DNA of 64,000 bases from a virus (Duplodnaviria > Caudoviricetes): IMG/VR virus record IMGVR_UViG_3300020161_002811, positions 1 through 64,000 of that record; one strand, 5' to 3'. A program made the translations under genes and the position numbers. Positions 37,143-47,729 of this stretch are shown here, piece after piece. Position 1 is the first letter of the stretch, and each line of letters starts with the position of its first letter. The notes below the pieces were generated by a model. It saw only the letters and a program-made list of their open reading frames with translations. It was not told where the DNA came from and made no database searches.

Positions 37143-40100
37143 TTAGGGGTTGTAACTTATGAAGCTTGCTGGGAAAGTGCCCAAGCCTAGGCTATATAGT
37201 TGTGTTTGGGTTTGATTGTACAATATTTTCACAGTACTACAAGACTTAAATCCTGGAGTGCAGAAAGTAAAAATTATCTCATATCTACCAAATTCGCCTT
37301 GATTAGCTAACTTACCTACTCGAAATTGAGTATATGCTGCTAAGCCGGCGTTTGTTGAGATTGTTCCACTCTTGAATCGTGTAAGTGTTATTATAGCCGG
37401 ATTAGTTCCAGGCGCAATGACACCAACGCTTTGCACTGTTATAATATCTGGTTTACTTGTCGTTGAATTGGTAATTGGAACGACAGGTGGAACTGGAGTG
37501 GTGTCGGGTGGAAGACTGGCAAGATACGCAGCTATGGCTGCCCAGTCTATTGACTCATCACCATCATCTTCATCATCATCACCACCACCACCATCTACTG
37601 TCTGCTGCCATATTGCTGTAATTCCATGTATATCTATATCTCCAGTATATGGAAAAACATTTGTACTTTCTGAAACATTAGTACTGCGTTGCAAATTAAG
37701 GTCATCAATCGCAGATTGCCAATTTTCAGTTCCTACGATATCAGGTCTTTGCGCCTGATTTTCAAGTTCATACCAAGTTATTAAATTTTTACTTTCTGCA
37801 TTAATCGCTACCGTAGCTGTTAGCGAGAGATTACAGTCGAATCCATAAGGTAAGTCTATTCCTTCAAATGATGTAAACTTAGAAGATAATTTAAATGGAT
37901 AAGAATTGAATCCTGAAGAAAATCCTATTAATGAGTTAAGGTTTCTAGTAGAGGATGTTCCAGTTGGCCTTTCCACTAATAAGTGGGGACCAAGTCCGCT
38001 TAATCTTTGTAGGGATGGAGAATATTTTTTAGTATAGGCAAGCAGGGGGGCATTCGGTGCGTTTGATGCTACAACTTTATGAAGTGAATAAGACGATGGT
38101 ATATTCTCAGTTGTGTCCGGATTATCTATTACGTCGGCATCTTTAAATGCTACGTCGGGATTTGTGGCTTCTATATAAAAAGTAATATCCTCAACGCTAA
38201 GTTCAGCTAATAAATTACGTTGAAAGTCTGGCAATTTTTCTGACATTTTTGTTTTTAAGTAAGTGAAAATACTAGAAGTATTTGAGGATATATCTGTTGT
38301 CAGATTTCTAGCATAGACACTCTCAGATGGCGACAAAGATACAATTTCAAATAAAGTTTTTTCAGAATCCTCTAGAGCATCTGAATACATCACCCAAGAT
38401 GAATCCCAGTCTGTGACAAAATTAATTAAAGATGAAGCCACAGTTACATCTCTTAGCGATTGAGACTTGCAGTATATTCCATAGGAGACAGCATTGAAAA
38501 ATAACTTAAATGGCCCTTCAACGATTGCAGAAAAAACGTTGTTGTCATTTTCAATGCTACCATAGTGAGATGAGTCGTTATTATAATTGATTACTTTCTC
38601 TGAGTAAGCTAAGTCGTATACTGAGTTGCAATATGCCAGTAAATTAAATGTTGTAGCAATAACATTACCTTTTGACAAAGTGTCTACATTGGTAGATGCG
38701 GGAATAATTGCTCCTATTGGATATTGCGAAGAAGTTGTGGGTCCGGCTTTAAGGAAAATGTTGTTATTGGCTAGATTCGAAAAATATTTATAAGTTTTTG
38801 GCAGAGTAGTATCGCCGTTTATAAGTCTTGATCCGAAAATTCCATAATAGTCTTTTTCAAAAATGTTATCTAGCAGGGACCATCCGCCATTTTTGGTAGA
38901 ATCTATAAGATAATTATTATCTATCATGTCCACTGTATTTGCGGCAACTGGATTCGACATCACTAATTGAGTACCAGCGTTTAACTTTGAAGCGTCTGGG
39001 CATAGCGACAGATCTAGTATTACTGTTCCAAATTTATTAGCTGTGAAGTAGTTAATCTTTGCTGCTTGATCAGGCGTAATCGCTGCATCGGGTGACCAGA
39101 CTAAAACATCATACTGACCCATGTCTGAAATAGATATAGTATCTATATTCATTTTCCAATAGTTAGCTTGATTTTTAGTTATGCCATTTTGTGCTAGCGG
39201 ATTCGTAAATTTTAGACGAGTAAGATTAAAAGGAGAATTTTCAAGTCTATATATTGCGTATGGATTGGTATTGGCACTGCTTGAGTCGGTGCATACAACT
39301 GCTGCTTTTACAGTTCTAGAAAAATTTCCCGAAGATATGTCAGACTCAACGCCATAGTAAACTTGATTAAAATTAAGGTTTCTTTTAATTCTTCCTATTA
39401 TTCGCCAGTTAAAAACTTCATAAGTTCTATAATCTTTAATAGCCTTACTGGGAACTATGACTTGGTAGCCGTTTTCTATTGGTTGATTATTTAGATTAAT
39501 ATTAGTATATTTTTGATCTATTTTTTTTATAGAAAAATTCTTTGAGCCATAGTAGTTAGGATCGATTACAAATGACTCTTCGGGCAATTCCTTGAAATAC
39601 TTAACAGGATTTATTGTTTCAGCATACCGCAATTGAAATCCAAATACATTTCCAAGTTCATCTGATTCAACTTTATTGTACATTAATTTTAAGTTGATTG
39701 GTTCTTGTGGATCTAGAAATACTAAAATTCTATAAGGAATTTCAGTAAGGTAAGAATTATCTTCAGTTCTAAATGGTTCTAATAAAATTTTATATTTTCT
39801 TTTGTTTGTAATTGGATTAATATAATCTTTTCCAAATTCATCTAATACCTTTATCCCCAAGCTAATTATTATATCATCGCTAATATAATCATCCAAAGAT
39901 ATTAAAGAAATAGACGATGGAGCTATCGCAAAGTATCTACTTACATAGAAATAATGACTAAATGAGTCTGGATTTATTTGATTTAAATCCAATATCTCAG
40001 AGACTGTTTTCTTGTGCACAAAAGAATTGCTAATTGTTATATTTTGAGTTGCAATAGAAGATGAACCATTTAATCTCCTTAAAATGCCAAGCTCATCTGC

Positions 40101-40301
40101 ATACATTATTTCTGATGAAGACGTTTCTTTAATCTTATTTTCTATAATTACTTCTGAAACATCTGCAATAAATACATTTTTTGCTGGACTAATTGATTCT
40201 GAAGTAAACCAAGATATACCCGCGGCGTGCAATGGAACTGTAGTCCCTATCTTTGTTGCTTTTTCCTTGCCAGAAGTAGTTAAATTGTCAAATATTTCCA
40301 T
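37143..40301 (-). CDS. large virion (baseplate/tail) protein
   Basis: 1052 aa, beta-rich, in the structural operon; acidic/Pro linker near the C-terminus. Confidence 0.65.
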   Translation of the reverse strand: MEIFDNLTTSGKEKATKIGTTVPLHAAGISWFTSESISPAKNVFIADVSEVIIENKIKETSSSEIMYADELGILRRLNGSSSIATQNITISNSFVHKKTVSEILDLNQINPDSFSHYFYVSRYFAIAPSSISLISLDDYISDDIIISLGIKVLDEFGKDYINPITNKRKYKILLEPFRTEDNSYLTEIPYRILVFLDPQEPINLKLMYNKVESDELGNVFGFQLRYAETINPVKYFKELPEESFVIDPNYYGSKNFSIKKIDQKYTNINLNNQPIENGYQVIVPSKAIKDYRTYEVFNWRIIGRIKRNLNFNQVYYGVESDISSGNFSRTVKAAVVCTDSSSANTNPYAIYRLENSPFNLTRLKFTNPLAQNGITKNQANYWKMNIDTISISDMGQYDVLVWSPDAAITPDQAAKINYFTANKFGTVILDLSLCPDASKLNAGTQLVMSNPVAANTVDMIDNNYLIDSTKNGGWSLLDNIFEKDYYGIFGSRLINGDTTLPKTYKYFSNLANNNIFLKAGPTTSSQYPIGAIIPASTNVDTLSKGNVIATTFNLLAYCNSVYDLAYSEKVINYNNDSSHYGSIENDNNVFSAIVEGPFKLFFNAVSYGIYCKSQSLRDVTVASSLINFVTDWDSSWVMYSDALEDSEKTLFEIVSLSPSESVYARNLTTDISSNTSSIFTYLKTKMSEKLPDFQRNLLAELSVEDITFYIEATNPDVAFKDADVIDNPDTTENIPSSYSLHKVVASNAPNAPLLAYTKKYSPSLQRLSGLGPHLLVERPTGTSSTRNLNSLIGFSSGFNSYPFKLSSKFTSFEGIDLPYGFDCNLSLTATVAINAESKNLITWYELENQAQRPDIVGTENWQSAIDDLNLQRSTNVSESTNVFPYTGDIDIHGITAIWQQTVDGGGGDDDEDDGDESIDWAAIAAYLASLPPDTTPVPPVVPITNSTTSKPDIITVQSVGVIAPGTNPAIITLTRFKSGTISTNAGLAAYTQFRVGKLANQGEFGRYEIIFTFCTPGFKSCSTVKILYNQTQTQLYSLGLGTFPASFISYNP

Positions 40302-43300
40302 TATTCTTCCTCATGGTCTGGATGTAGTTGCGAGTAGTCAGATATATAGTACGGAGTAGATCCCATCAATCCCATTTGATATTGATCATATCTATTTAAT
40401 GGGACCCACTTAGGGGGCAGCCAGTTGGGCGTAGAGTTATATGGGTAAATAACCTCTGCATTGGAGTGCTCATAGGCGAAGCTAGGAGTTGCAAGTATCA
40501 GTGAGTTTTCTTGCCTATTAATCGTATATATGTTTGGTAGCGGGATATCATTCTCATAACTATATTGGATGGCGTCATATGATTCATGCCAATATATAAC
40601 ATCTCCAGATATAGTAACGTCATTAGAGGAAAGAACCTCTCCACTAGAAGTTAGAATAGATGTGACAGCCTCTGGATTGGAAACATTAATGCGAGCGAAC
40701 CAGTAACCTGGCGTACTTGAATCATTAGCTGTAATGGCATTTGATATAGTAAATTCTCCATTAGAATCAGTATTTACTACGTAATCAGGCGTAGCAGCAA
40801 AAAGATTCTTTAATGTTCTACCAGTGTTCCAGGAAAGTTGAATCTGATTATTAAATGGCTTATTCTTCCAGTACACTTTTCCAGATATTGATAACTTACT
40901 GATTCCGTCTGCATTTATGTTTAGGTCCGACGCTGCTGCCTTTACTGACAAATTAAATGGGTCATTTCTACTTACTTCAAATGGCACCTCTAGACTATAG
41001 CCTTCAGAAGAACTATTTTCTCCACCATTTGGAGTAGCAGATCCTATTCCAATAATATTAATTACTCCCTCACGATGTACTGCTGGTATATCACCATTGT
41101 ATCTAATGATGGATGTTGCTAATCCATTATCGCTTGTTGTTATAAACGATGGCGTAGCTGAAATTAAATCACCAGAAATAGCAAACGTTTGACCTGGCTT
41201 CAGGTTGTATTGATTATCGTGGGATACTAGAGATAAGTACATTAAATCTGAAGTAGAGTCAGAAATATACGCTGGTGACAAATGAGCTTCAACATGCGAA
41301 AATGGATAATCTTCTTTGCTGACATATATATATCCTTCATCTATCGGATTTAAAGATGAGTTCAGATGTAAATTAATTGGATATGTAATATCATTAATTG
41401 AATTTTCGTAAGTAATATTATATGAAGAATTTGAGTTTGGAGTTGAACTAAAATAAATTACTGAATTATATACGTCAGCGATTGGGTCATAAACGTCATT
41501 GTCAAGATACCATGCATTATTTACCTTATATGAAACTAAGTATTCCCTATCATACACAAATGGCGTGGCTGCACTCTCCGGAGTATCTTCATTGATGAGA
41601 GTAATTTCATTTTCATTTACTAGTATAGTGTCTAATATCTGTTTACCAGTATAATTATCTAAGATTGATACATCCATTATGTCTTTATAAGCTAAGTAGA
41701 TTATTTCATTTGCGCTAGCATTGACTACTTCGGAGTTTTGAAAAGTTAATTTTCCAGGAGTAGCAGCGTCTTCAAAAGCTATATTTCTATAATTCTGACC
41801 ATCAACGTCAACAAGTACAGGAGCACCATTCCTGGGCGTATTCGAAAGGTTGACGTTAAAAAATCTTCCACTAGAAGATTCTGTAACTGGATTTGCATAT
41901 ATGTAATAATCGTTTTCGTCTAGATATATCCAGCCTGTGTGTAGTGCTGATCGTTGTTCTTGAATTAAGAACTTATCCTTTTGGGCATGCACATCTACGG
42001 ACGTTTCTATGCCTTGACTGAATGAAGAATTTAGATTATTTAAAAGCAAATCTTGAGATTCGACGTATGCCTTAACTGAATTTTGCCCAGTATCTAATGT
42101 GGCCTCTTTTATAATATATACATCATCTTGAAGGAGACCAAAAGAATCTTTACTTAAGTAAATTTTACTCAAAAAAGAATCGGTATTAAAATAGGAATTT
42201 AGAGGATCCTCGCCCGTCTCATATACGTTATCTAACGAATCTATATATCCACTAAATAGATTTGGAGTTGCCTCCGCTGTGAATGTTTCGTACGCGTCAA
42301 AGTATATAGGATAATAACTTGATGTAGCTGATTCAATTAGCATGTAGTGCGGTGTTGACGCATAGTTTATTGTTGCAGAATCGAAATAATCAGCTGCTCC
42401 CATAGACGCGTTCGAAGAATTAAAAGGCTGCCATAATATGTTTGGGGATGATGGTATTAGGTACTGGGAGTTATCATCTGGATTAATGGTTCTTCCGCCA
42501 ATAATATTTGTTTCTATATCTTCTGACCCAAAATATCCCACCCCATTTGGAGCGCTAACGTTCACATAAAGGTACTGAGGTGTTGCGTCAAACGGTAAGA
42601 TTACTCTATCTAGCATCTCGTTAATGTAGATGGATTTTGTTGAAGTTCCTAAGTTAGTAGGATCATTTTCAGAATTTAGAACAAGAATAGACTGTAACGG
42701 GATCGTATCTAAATTAACTATCTTTGTTGAGTAATTAGTAGATCCAATTTTTACATTAGCGTCTTGCGGCTGCCTATTGGGGGTAGCCATTGATGTGTAG
42801 GCGTTGGCAGCTGGGTTAGTATAGTAATTTGGAGTGCCCGTAGTAAAGGAGGCCCAATAGCTTGCCGTTGCAAGGGAGGTGTCATATGTTTGGGAAATAT
42901 AATTCCATCCACCATTAGAAAAAGTTATTTTAACAGAGGATGCGTCATAAAAGTTAATATTATTAGTTGTCGGAGTTGCTTGAGTATTGAGATAGATCTG
43001 ATTATATACCTTATCTTTAAATACTATATCAGGAATTGTATTGCCTTCTTGATCAAATATTCTAATATAGTTAAATTCGGGACTAGCAGAACTTGTAGCG
43101 GGAAATCTATTTCCTACATAAAAATCTTCTCTATTAGTGTAATTTAAATTTGAATAAAATGTAGAAGGAGTGGCGTAGTTGTCGTGTGGGGGCATTATTA
43201 TTTCATATGTCAGCCCTACTCCTATATTTTCTAACGGAGGCGCAGCAAAAGACCGCACTGGGCGAGCCATAATCGCTGCTGGAAATACAGCATCATATTT

Positions 43301-45460
43301 AACGTTGTTTGACATAGATGAAACTGGCGTGTACATTGCTGTATTCAATGCGCCATCAGGGTCTACTTCTGTGGAACTCCAATACGAATAAATAGTGCTT
43401 AAATCTCCGATGATTGCTTGTTGATTTCCCAATTCAATCAATTCATTTTTTGAAGGTAAAAACCAGTCCGTCAATCCGTTTGCTTCATATGCGCTACACA
43501 TTGACGCTGCAGTGGATGATGTATTGCCTTGAGCAACAATATCTAGAGTATTCTGATATCCAGTACCTATTGCTTCCCCATTTGCTCCAGTTACTGCGGT
43601 TGTTGCATAGGCTGAAAGGGACCAAAACACCACTGGGTCTGCTCCGCCACCATTCCATGTAAATGGCGCCACTTCAAAGTATTTACCTGTGGAGTTACCA
43701 GCCGTAGAAGGAGTGATAAATATTTTTCCTCCACCAGGACCGATATCCCCAATTGCGTAGGCTCCCGGTCCCGTACCAGCTTTTTTTCTGCCAGCTTCGT
43801 AATCCTGAACGGTTCTTAAGTAATTAACATACCATGAATAGTCTACGATAATTGGTGTGTAGGCGTACTCTATTCCGGTCTTGTGCACTCCAGATATAGA
43901 CATTGACCCATTGAATGATATAGTAGATTTCTCTAATGATTCTAGAATGAATCTTCCGTCAGAAAAATCTCCAATACCTGGCTGATAATATTCCGATAGG
44001 GGAGATGTGTCCGTGTCATATATAGCGGGTATTCTAGAGACACCTTCTCCATCCATCCCAGAGTAATCCCAGGTTCCCTCACCCCATTTAACGTATCCTA
44101 TATTAGATGGATATCTATTATTTAAGTCTTCTACTAGATCTTTGAACATTTTTTCTGGCTTACCAGAAGGGGAAAAATAAGGTGTTGTTTTTTCTAAGTC
44201 TGAAATTTCATAAATGTATGGAAAAAATTGAGTGCTGTCAGAGTCTACATCTACGCCATAAGTTCTCCATATGTCCAATTCTCTTCTTAGTGTTCTTTTT
44301 AGCCCATCACTATGGATTCCTGGAATATTCTTAGATACATCTAATATTCTTTGCTTGTATCTAGAGTTGGTTTCTTTATATAGTCTCTCTAGGCCTACTC
44401 TTGCGCCAAATTCATCAAAGTTATTAAATATATTAACTGCATATTGCTCGTAAGGAGTTCCGTTTATGGAAAGCGTTACGTACTCTCTCATGACAAGAAT
44501 CTGTTTATCCATTGGGTTATAATAATAAACATGATCTGTTATTTTACTTCTGTGAAAATCTGATAAGGAATTTACAGGCGAAAGAATAACGTCATCACCT
44601 ACTATGGTCTGCAGATTTGTTGGAACATCATAGGACACGTAAGCCCACGCAAGCATATTTTCATCGGCACTATTGATATAGGCATTGATGTCTCTTAGGT
44701 CAATCTCTGAAACAATCGCATCTATGTTTTCTTGAACCAATGCTGTTAAAAATTTTCCACCCGTAGATTGTGGAATAGCTAAAGAGGGGGTGGCAGGCTC
44801 TAGTGAGTCATCAAATAATTTTGTCCACGTTGGAAATCTTCTTAGGATATTCCTTGCTGAATTTGATATTACTGGAGACGTGGGTTCGTGTATACCTATC
44901 TCCAAATAGAATAGCAGTCCGAGCGTCGATACGTCTATATTTTCAGAGAATATTTCAAGTTCTATTTTTATCCATGGCTTAGCGTTTCTAATGAATATAA
45001 TATTAGAATCAAACGATAACGAAGACTTTAGCCATGGACCATCTTCTGTGTCGGACTCATGCATCTGAATGTTAAAGGATGGTACTTCAAATCCTGGTAC
45101 GTTTGTAAAGGTATGCTTATAGGCTAGAATATCTATTCTTGAGCTAGTATCCAGGAAGCGTATTAAGTCAGGTGTAGCTGGCTCGTAAACTACTTCACCG
45201 GCATTAGTCACATACAGTGCGTTTGGACTAAGGGGGGTTGACATATCATTAGAATGTGATGGCGAGGTGACCTCTGTACCCACATAAGTGTTATCGCCAA
45301 TTAAATTAAGGCCATAACGAGATCTAGTATATGAGTAATTATTGTACTGGCTATTGCTATATAGGTTTACGGCACTGCTTGTCCATAGCGGATTTCCCGT
45401 TAAAGCGTCATGTGTTTTAGTGAAATCTCCACTTTTAAAAAGTAACAAGTACTGCTTCAT
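40301..45460 (-). CDS. large baseplate wedge-associated protein with an internal Lcl/DUF1566-like domain
   Basis: FDEFGARVGLERLYKETNSRYKQRIL resembles the wedge/tail-protein-I motif; follows the J-like gene; internal YAIGDIGPGGGKIF...WFLPSKNEL...YWSSTE...RPVRSF. Confidence 0.7.
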   Translation of the reverse strand: MKQYLLLFKSGDFTKTHDALTGNPLWTSSAVNLYSNSQYNNYSYTRSRYGLNLIGDNTYVGTEVTSPSHSNDMSTPLSPNALYVTNAGEVVYEPATPDLIRFLDTSSRIDILAYKHTFTNVPGFEVPSFNIQMHESDTEDGPWLKSSLSFDSNIIFIRNAKPWIKIELEIFSENIDVSTLGLLFYLEIGIHEPTSPVISNSARNILRRFPTWTKLFDDSLEPATPSLAIPQSTGGKFLTALVQENIDAIVSEIDLRDINAYINSADENMLAWAYVSYDVPTNLQTIVGDDVILSPVNSLSDFHRSKITDHVYYYNPMDKQILVMREYVTLSINGTPYEQYAVNIFNNFDEFGARVGLERLYKETNSRYKQRILDVSKNIPGIHSDGLKRTLRRELDIWRTYGVDVDSDSTQFFPYIYEISDLEKTTPYFSPSGKPEKMFKDLVEDLNNRYPSNIGYVKWGEGTWDYSGMDGEGVSRIPAIYDTDTSPLSEYYQPGIGDFSDGRFILESLEKSTISFNGSMSISGVHKTGIEYAYTPIIVDYSWYVNYLRTVQDYEAGRKKAGTGPGAYAIGDIGPGGGKIFITPSTAGNSTGKYFEVAPFTWNGGGADPVVFWSLSAYATTAVTGANGEAIGTGYQNTLDIVAQGNTSSTAASMCSAYEANGLTDWFLPSKNELIELGNQQAIIGDLSTIYSYWSSTEVDPDGALNTAMYTPVSSMSNNVKYDAVFPAAIMARPVRSFAAPPLENIGVGLTYEIIMPPHDNYATPSTFYSNLNYTNREDFYVGNRFPATSSASPEFNYIRIFDQEGNTIPDIVFKDKVYNQIYLNTQATPTTNNINFYDASSVKITFSNGGWNYISQTYDTSLATASYWASFTTGTPNYYTNPAANAYTSMATPNRQPQDANVKIGSTNYSTKIVNLDTIPLQSILVLNSENDPTNLGTSTKSIYINEMLDRVILPFDATPQYLYVNVSAPNGVGYFGSEDIETNIIGGRTINPDDNSQYLIPSSPNILWQPFNSSNASMGAADYFDSATINYASTPHYMLIESATSSYYPIYFDAYETFTAEATPNLFSGYIDSLDNVYETGEDPLNSYFNTDSFLSKIYLSKDSFGLLQDDVYIIKEATLDTGQNSVKAYVESQDLLLNNLNSSFSQGIETSVDVHAQKDKFLIQEQRSALHTGWIYLDENDYYIYANPVTESSSGRFFNVNLSNTPRNGAPVLVDVDGQNYRNIAFEDAATPGKLTFQNSEVVNASANEIIYLAYKDIMDVSILDNYTGKQILDTILVNENEITLINEDTPESAATPFVYDREYLVSYKVNNAWYLDNDVYDPIADVYNSVIYFSSTPNSNSSYNITYENSINDITYPINLHLNSSLNPIDEGYIYVSKEDYPFSHVEAHLSPAYISDSTSDLMYLSLVSHDNQYNLKPGQTFAISGDLISATPSFITTSDNGLATSIIRYNGDIPAVHREGVINIIGIGSATPNGGENSSSEGYSLEVPFEVSRNDPFNLSVKAAASDLNINADGISKLSISGKVYWKNKPFNNQIQLSWNTGRTLKNLFAATPDYVVNTDSNGEFTISNAITANDSSTPGYWFARINVSNPEAVTSILTSSGEVLSSNDVTISGDVIYWHESYDAIQYSYENDIPLPNIYTINRQENSLILATPSFAYEHSNAEVIYPYNSTPNWLPPKWVPLNRYDQYQMGLMGSTPYYISDYSQLHPDHEEE

Positions 45461-45538
45461 TTAATCCTCAGTTTAACTAAAATTAATGTTTAAATAAAGT
45501 ATATTATAATATATATTTTATTTATAAATAACTTATTT

Positions 45539-46708
45539 TTAATAAGTTGTAGATCCCATTATAACAGAATTTATACTAACAGTTCCAGCTGATATGTAGT
45601 TTTTAATGCCTTGTAACGAAAAATCTTTTAGTGGCAATTCTTTTCCGTCGGCGGTAATGCTGGATACAATTGTGTTTCTTATATAATCAGAAGATCTGTT
45701 AATTTGGTTTTCAATTTGGGTCAAGGACATAGTATCCCCTATGGTTAGTGAATTTAAATACCTTTTAACGAATAATGATGCTTGATTTGCAATGCCGGAA
45801 GCCAAGGTCTCAGATACACCCATGGGGATTCTAATAGTAGCTGCGACTGAAACTGTAACTTTTTCTGCTATTCTAACATTAAATTTAACGCCTACTGGCT
45901 TGACCGCATTAACTGCTATTAAAATATTTTGAGGAAGATTACCTAATCCATTACTTGTTTCTGGGACTACTACAATATCGCAAGATCCTATTCCATAAGA
46001 GCCTTCTCTAATTCTGACATCTCTTACGCCCCTCACTCCTAAGGCAGCAAATCTTACTGATTCTGCACTGCCTACTGCCTTTGACTTAATTGACGCAATT
46101 ATTCTTCTTCTAAAATTAGAATCAGATTCTGAATTTATATTAGAATATACTTCCTTTGGATTATTGCAAAATAGAATTACTCCCGCTGGGGAAAAGAAAT
46201 TGTGCTTTGTCAAAGAGTTAACTGGAGCTACATACGCGTTGTCGGAGAAATTCGGTTCTACCCTACCATAGGCTCTAGTTGAACCTGTTGGAATTACTAC
46301 ATCACCAGCTAATTTAAAGCCATACTGTTTTGATATAAAATTTGACACATCATTATAAACTAGTACGTCTTTTGGAATGGTTATAGCCGAGCTATGGGCT
46401 TTATTTATAAAGAATTCTATGTTAAAAGACTGCCTATCTTCAGAGGCATAATCTGTTATGCTCTTTCTTGTTATGCCGTAAAGATCGCCAATCAGATCTA
46501 GATTCCTACCAGAGGCACTAGATAGATCTCCTTGCGTTATATTAAATCTCAGTGCCTCATAAAGGTCTGATATTTCAGAACTAAATGCCTCTGCAAAAGC
46601 TCTGGCAATGGATCCTGGATACACTGCTGATATTGCTGCATCTTTTTGTAAGGAATTTAATATACTTACTAATATATCTGATTTACTTTTAATACCATAA
46701 ACGGACAT
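45539..46708 (-). CDS. baseplate J-like wedge protein
   Basis: PGSIARAF, ASGRNLDLIGDLYGITR, ESDSNFRRRI, VRGVRDV, VKPVGV. Confidence 0.9.
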   Translation of the reverse strand: MSVYGIKSKSDILVSILNSLQKDAAISAVYPGSIARAFAEAFSSEISDLYEALRFNITQGDLSSASGRNLDLIGDLYGITRKSITDYASEDRQSFNIEFFINKAHSSAITIPKDVLVYNDVSNFISKQYGFKLAGDVVIPTGSTRAYGRVEPNFSDNAYVAPVNSLTKHNFFSPAGVILFCNNPKEVYSNINSESDSNFRRRIIASIKSKAVGSAESVRFAALGVRGVRDVRIREGSYGIGSCDIVVVPETSNGLGNLPQNILIAVNAVKPVGVKFNVRIAEKVTVSVAATIRIPMGVSETLASGIANQASLFVKRYLNSLTIGDTMSLTQIENQINRSSDYIRNTIVSSITADGKELPLKDFSLQGIKNYISAGTVSINSVIMGSTTY

Positions 46709-46711
46709 TTA

Positions 46712-47092
46712 TTAATCTCCTAGATTTTGACTTACTGATAACATGATGGGTTCGTCTATATCGGATACTATATGGATATCAAATTTAATAGTATCCCTAC
46801 TGGTTGGAACGGCAGTAATCTTAATATTGCGACCCTTAAAAAGGCCTTCTCTTTGAAGTCCAGCCATAATGAGAGCTTTGCCAAATTCTGCTGTTTCCTT
46901 TGTCTGTGGCAATCCATAGAGTCTGGATAAGTCTATTCCAAGTTGTGGGTAGATGTAAAAATCTCCAGGCTCTGTCATTAGCCTTAGGTAGATTTGCTGA
47001 ATATCTTCGTGTAAAGAGGATGGAGCTAATCCGAGGTCCTTTTTTCCGTCAATAATAAAATCTCCATCTAAAGTAAAATATAGGTCACTCAT
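46712..47092 (-). CDS. baseplate wedge subunit, gp25/GPW-like (sheath initiator)
   Basis: LRLMTEPGDFYIYPQLGIDL; size and position just before the J-like gene. Confidence 0.8.
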   Translation of the reverse strand: MSDLYFTLDGDFIIDGKKDLGLAPSSLHEDIQQIYLRLMTEPGDFYIYPQLGIDLSRLYGLPQTKETAEFGKALIMAGLQREGLFKGRNIKITAVPTSRDTIKFDIHIVSDIDEPIMLSVSQNLGD

Positions 47093-47729
47093 TCACTGCC
47101 TCTAATGCTAACTGGTGTGCCTGTTCGAAGGATATTCCCTCTTTCATAAGACTTATCATATATTGAATATGCTTCTTAGAATAATCTGATTGATATATTT
47201 CCAGTAAACCTATTTGCTCATTTGTCAATCCATCTATACTATATTCTGATTGATAATTTTGCTTTAATTGGTCTACTACTGGAGCAAATCCATACTCACC
47301 AGTTATAGTAATGGGCTTTTGCTTTTCCTCCTGGTCATATTTCTTAGCTGTATCTAAATAATAGCTGACGCCATTCTGGGCAGAATGTATTGATTTAGCA
47401 TTTATTTTAACTAAAGTTGGCTCAATATAGGACGATGCTGCGTAGTTGAAATTGTAACTATTCCACCTAAGGCCATCTTCTTTTGTGTGCATTCTGACAG
47501 AGTCCCCAAAAAAAGATATTGACTTTGATCTTGCGCTAATGATTATTCCTATACCGGGGGCAGCAAATATTTCTATATCCCCTTCGTCATTTAACCTAAT
47601 AAAACTAGATAAGTCGGGGTGCGTTAGCCCAACTTCTCTGTCGGAAAATTCTTTTCTTTTTTTAATTTCAGAAGATACAGGTAGAGCTGGATCTTGGTAA
47701 TTAATATTATTTATTGACGCTCTGCTCAT
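47085..47729 (-). CDS. putative central-spike beta-strand component
   Basis: Short alternating beta strands (SFIRLNDEGDIEIFAAPGIGIIIS...SISFFGDSVRM); position between the OB-like gene and gp25. Confidence 0.45.
   Translation of the reverse strand: MSRASINNINYQDPALPVSSEIKKRKEFSDREVGLTHPDLSSFIRLNDEGDIEIFAAPGIGIIISARSKSISFFGDSVRMHTKEDGLRWNSYNFNYAASSYIEPTLVKINAKSIHSAQNGVSYYLDTAKKYDQEEKQKPITITGEYGFAPVVDQLKQNYQSEYSIDGLTNEQIGLLEIYQSDYSKKHIQYMISLMKEGISFEQAHQLALEAVNE

Noticed and set aside
37113-37145. Programmed frameshift or readthrough joining the 1052-aa and 924-aa genes
   Set aside because: The genes are in different frames, and the downstream frame has stops (TGA and TAG) upstream of its ATG; a -1 shift is not excluded by slippery sequence alone but has no support.
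43247-43760. Diversity-generating retroelement
   Set aside because: A target-type fold is present, but no reverse transcriptase, Avd or template repeat was seen in the window.
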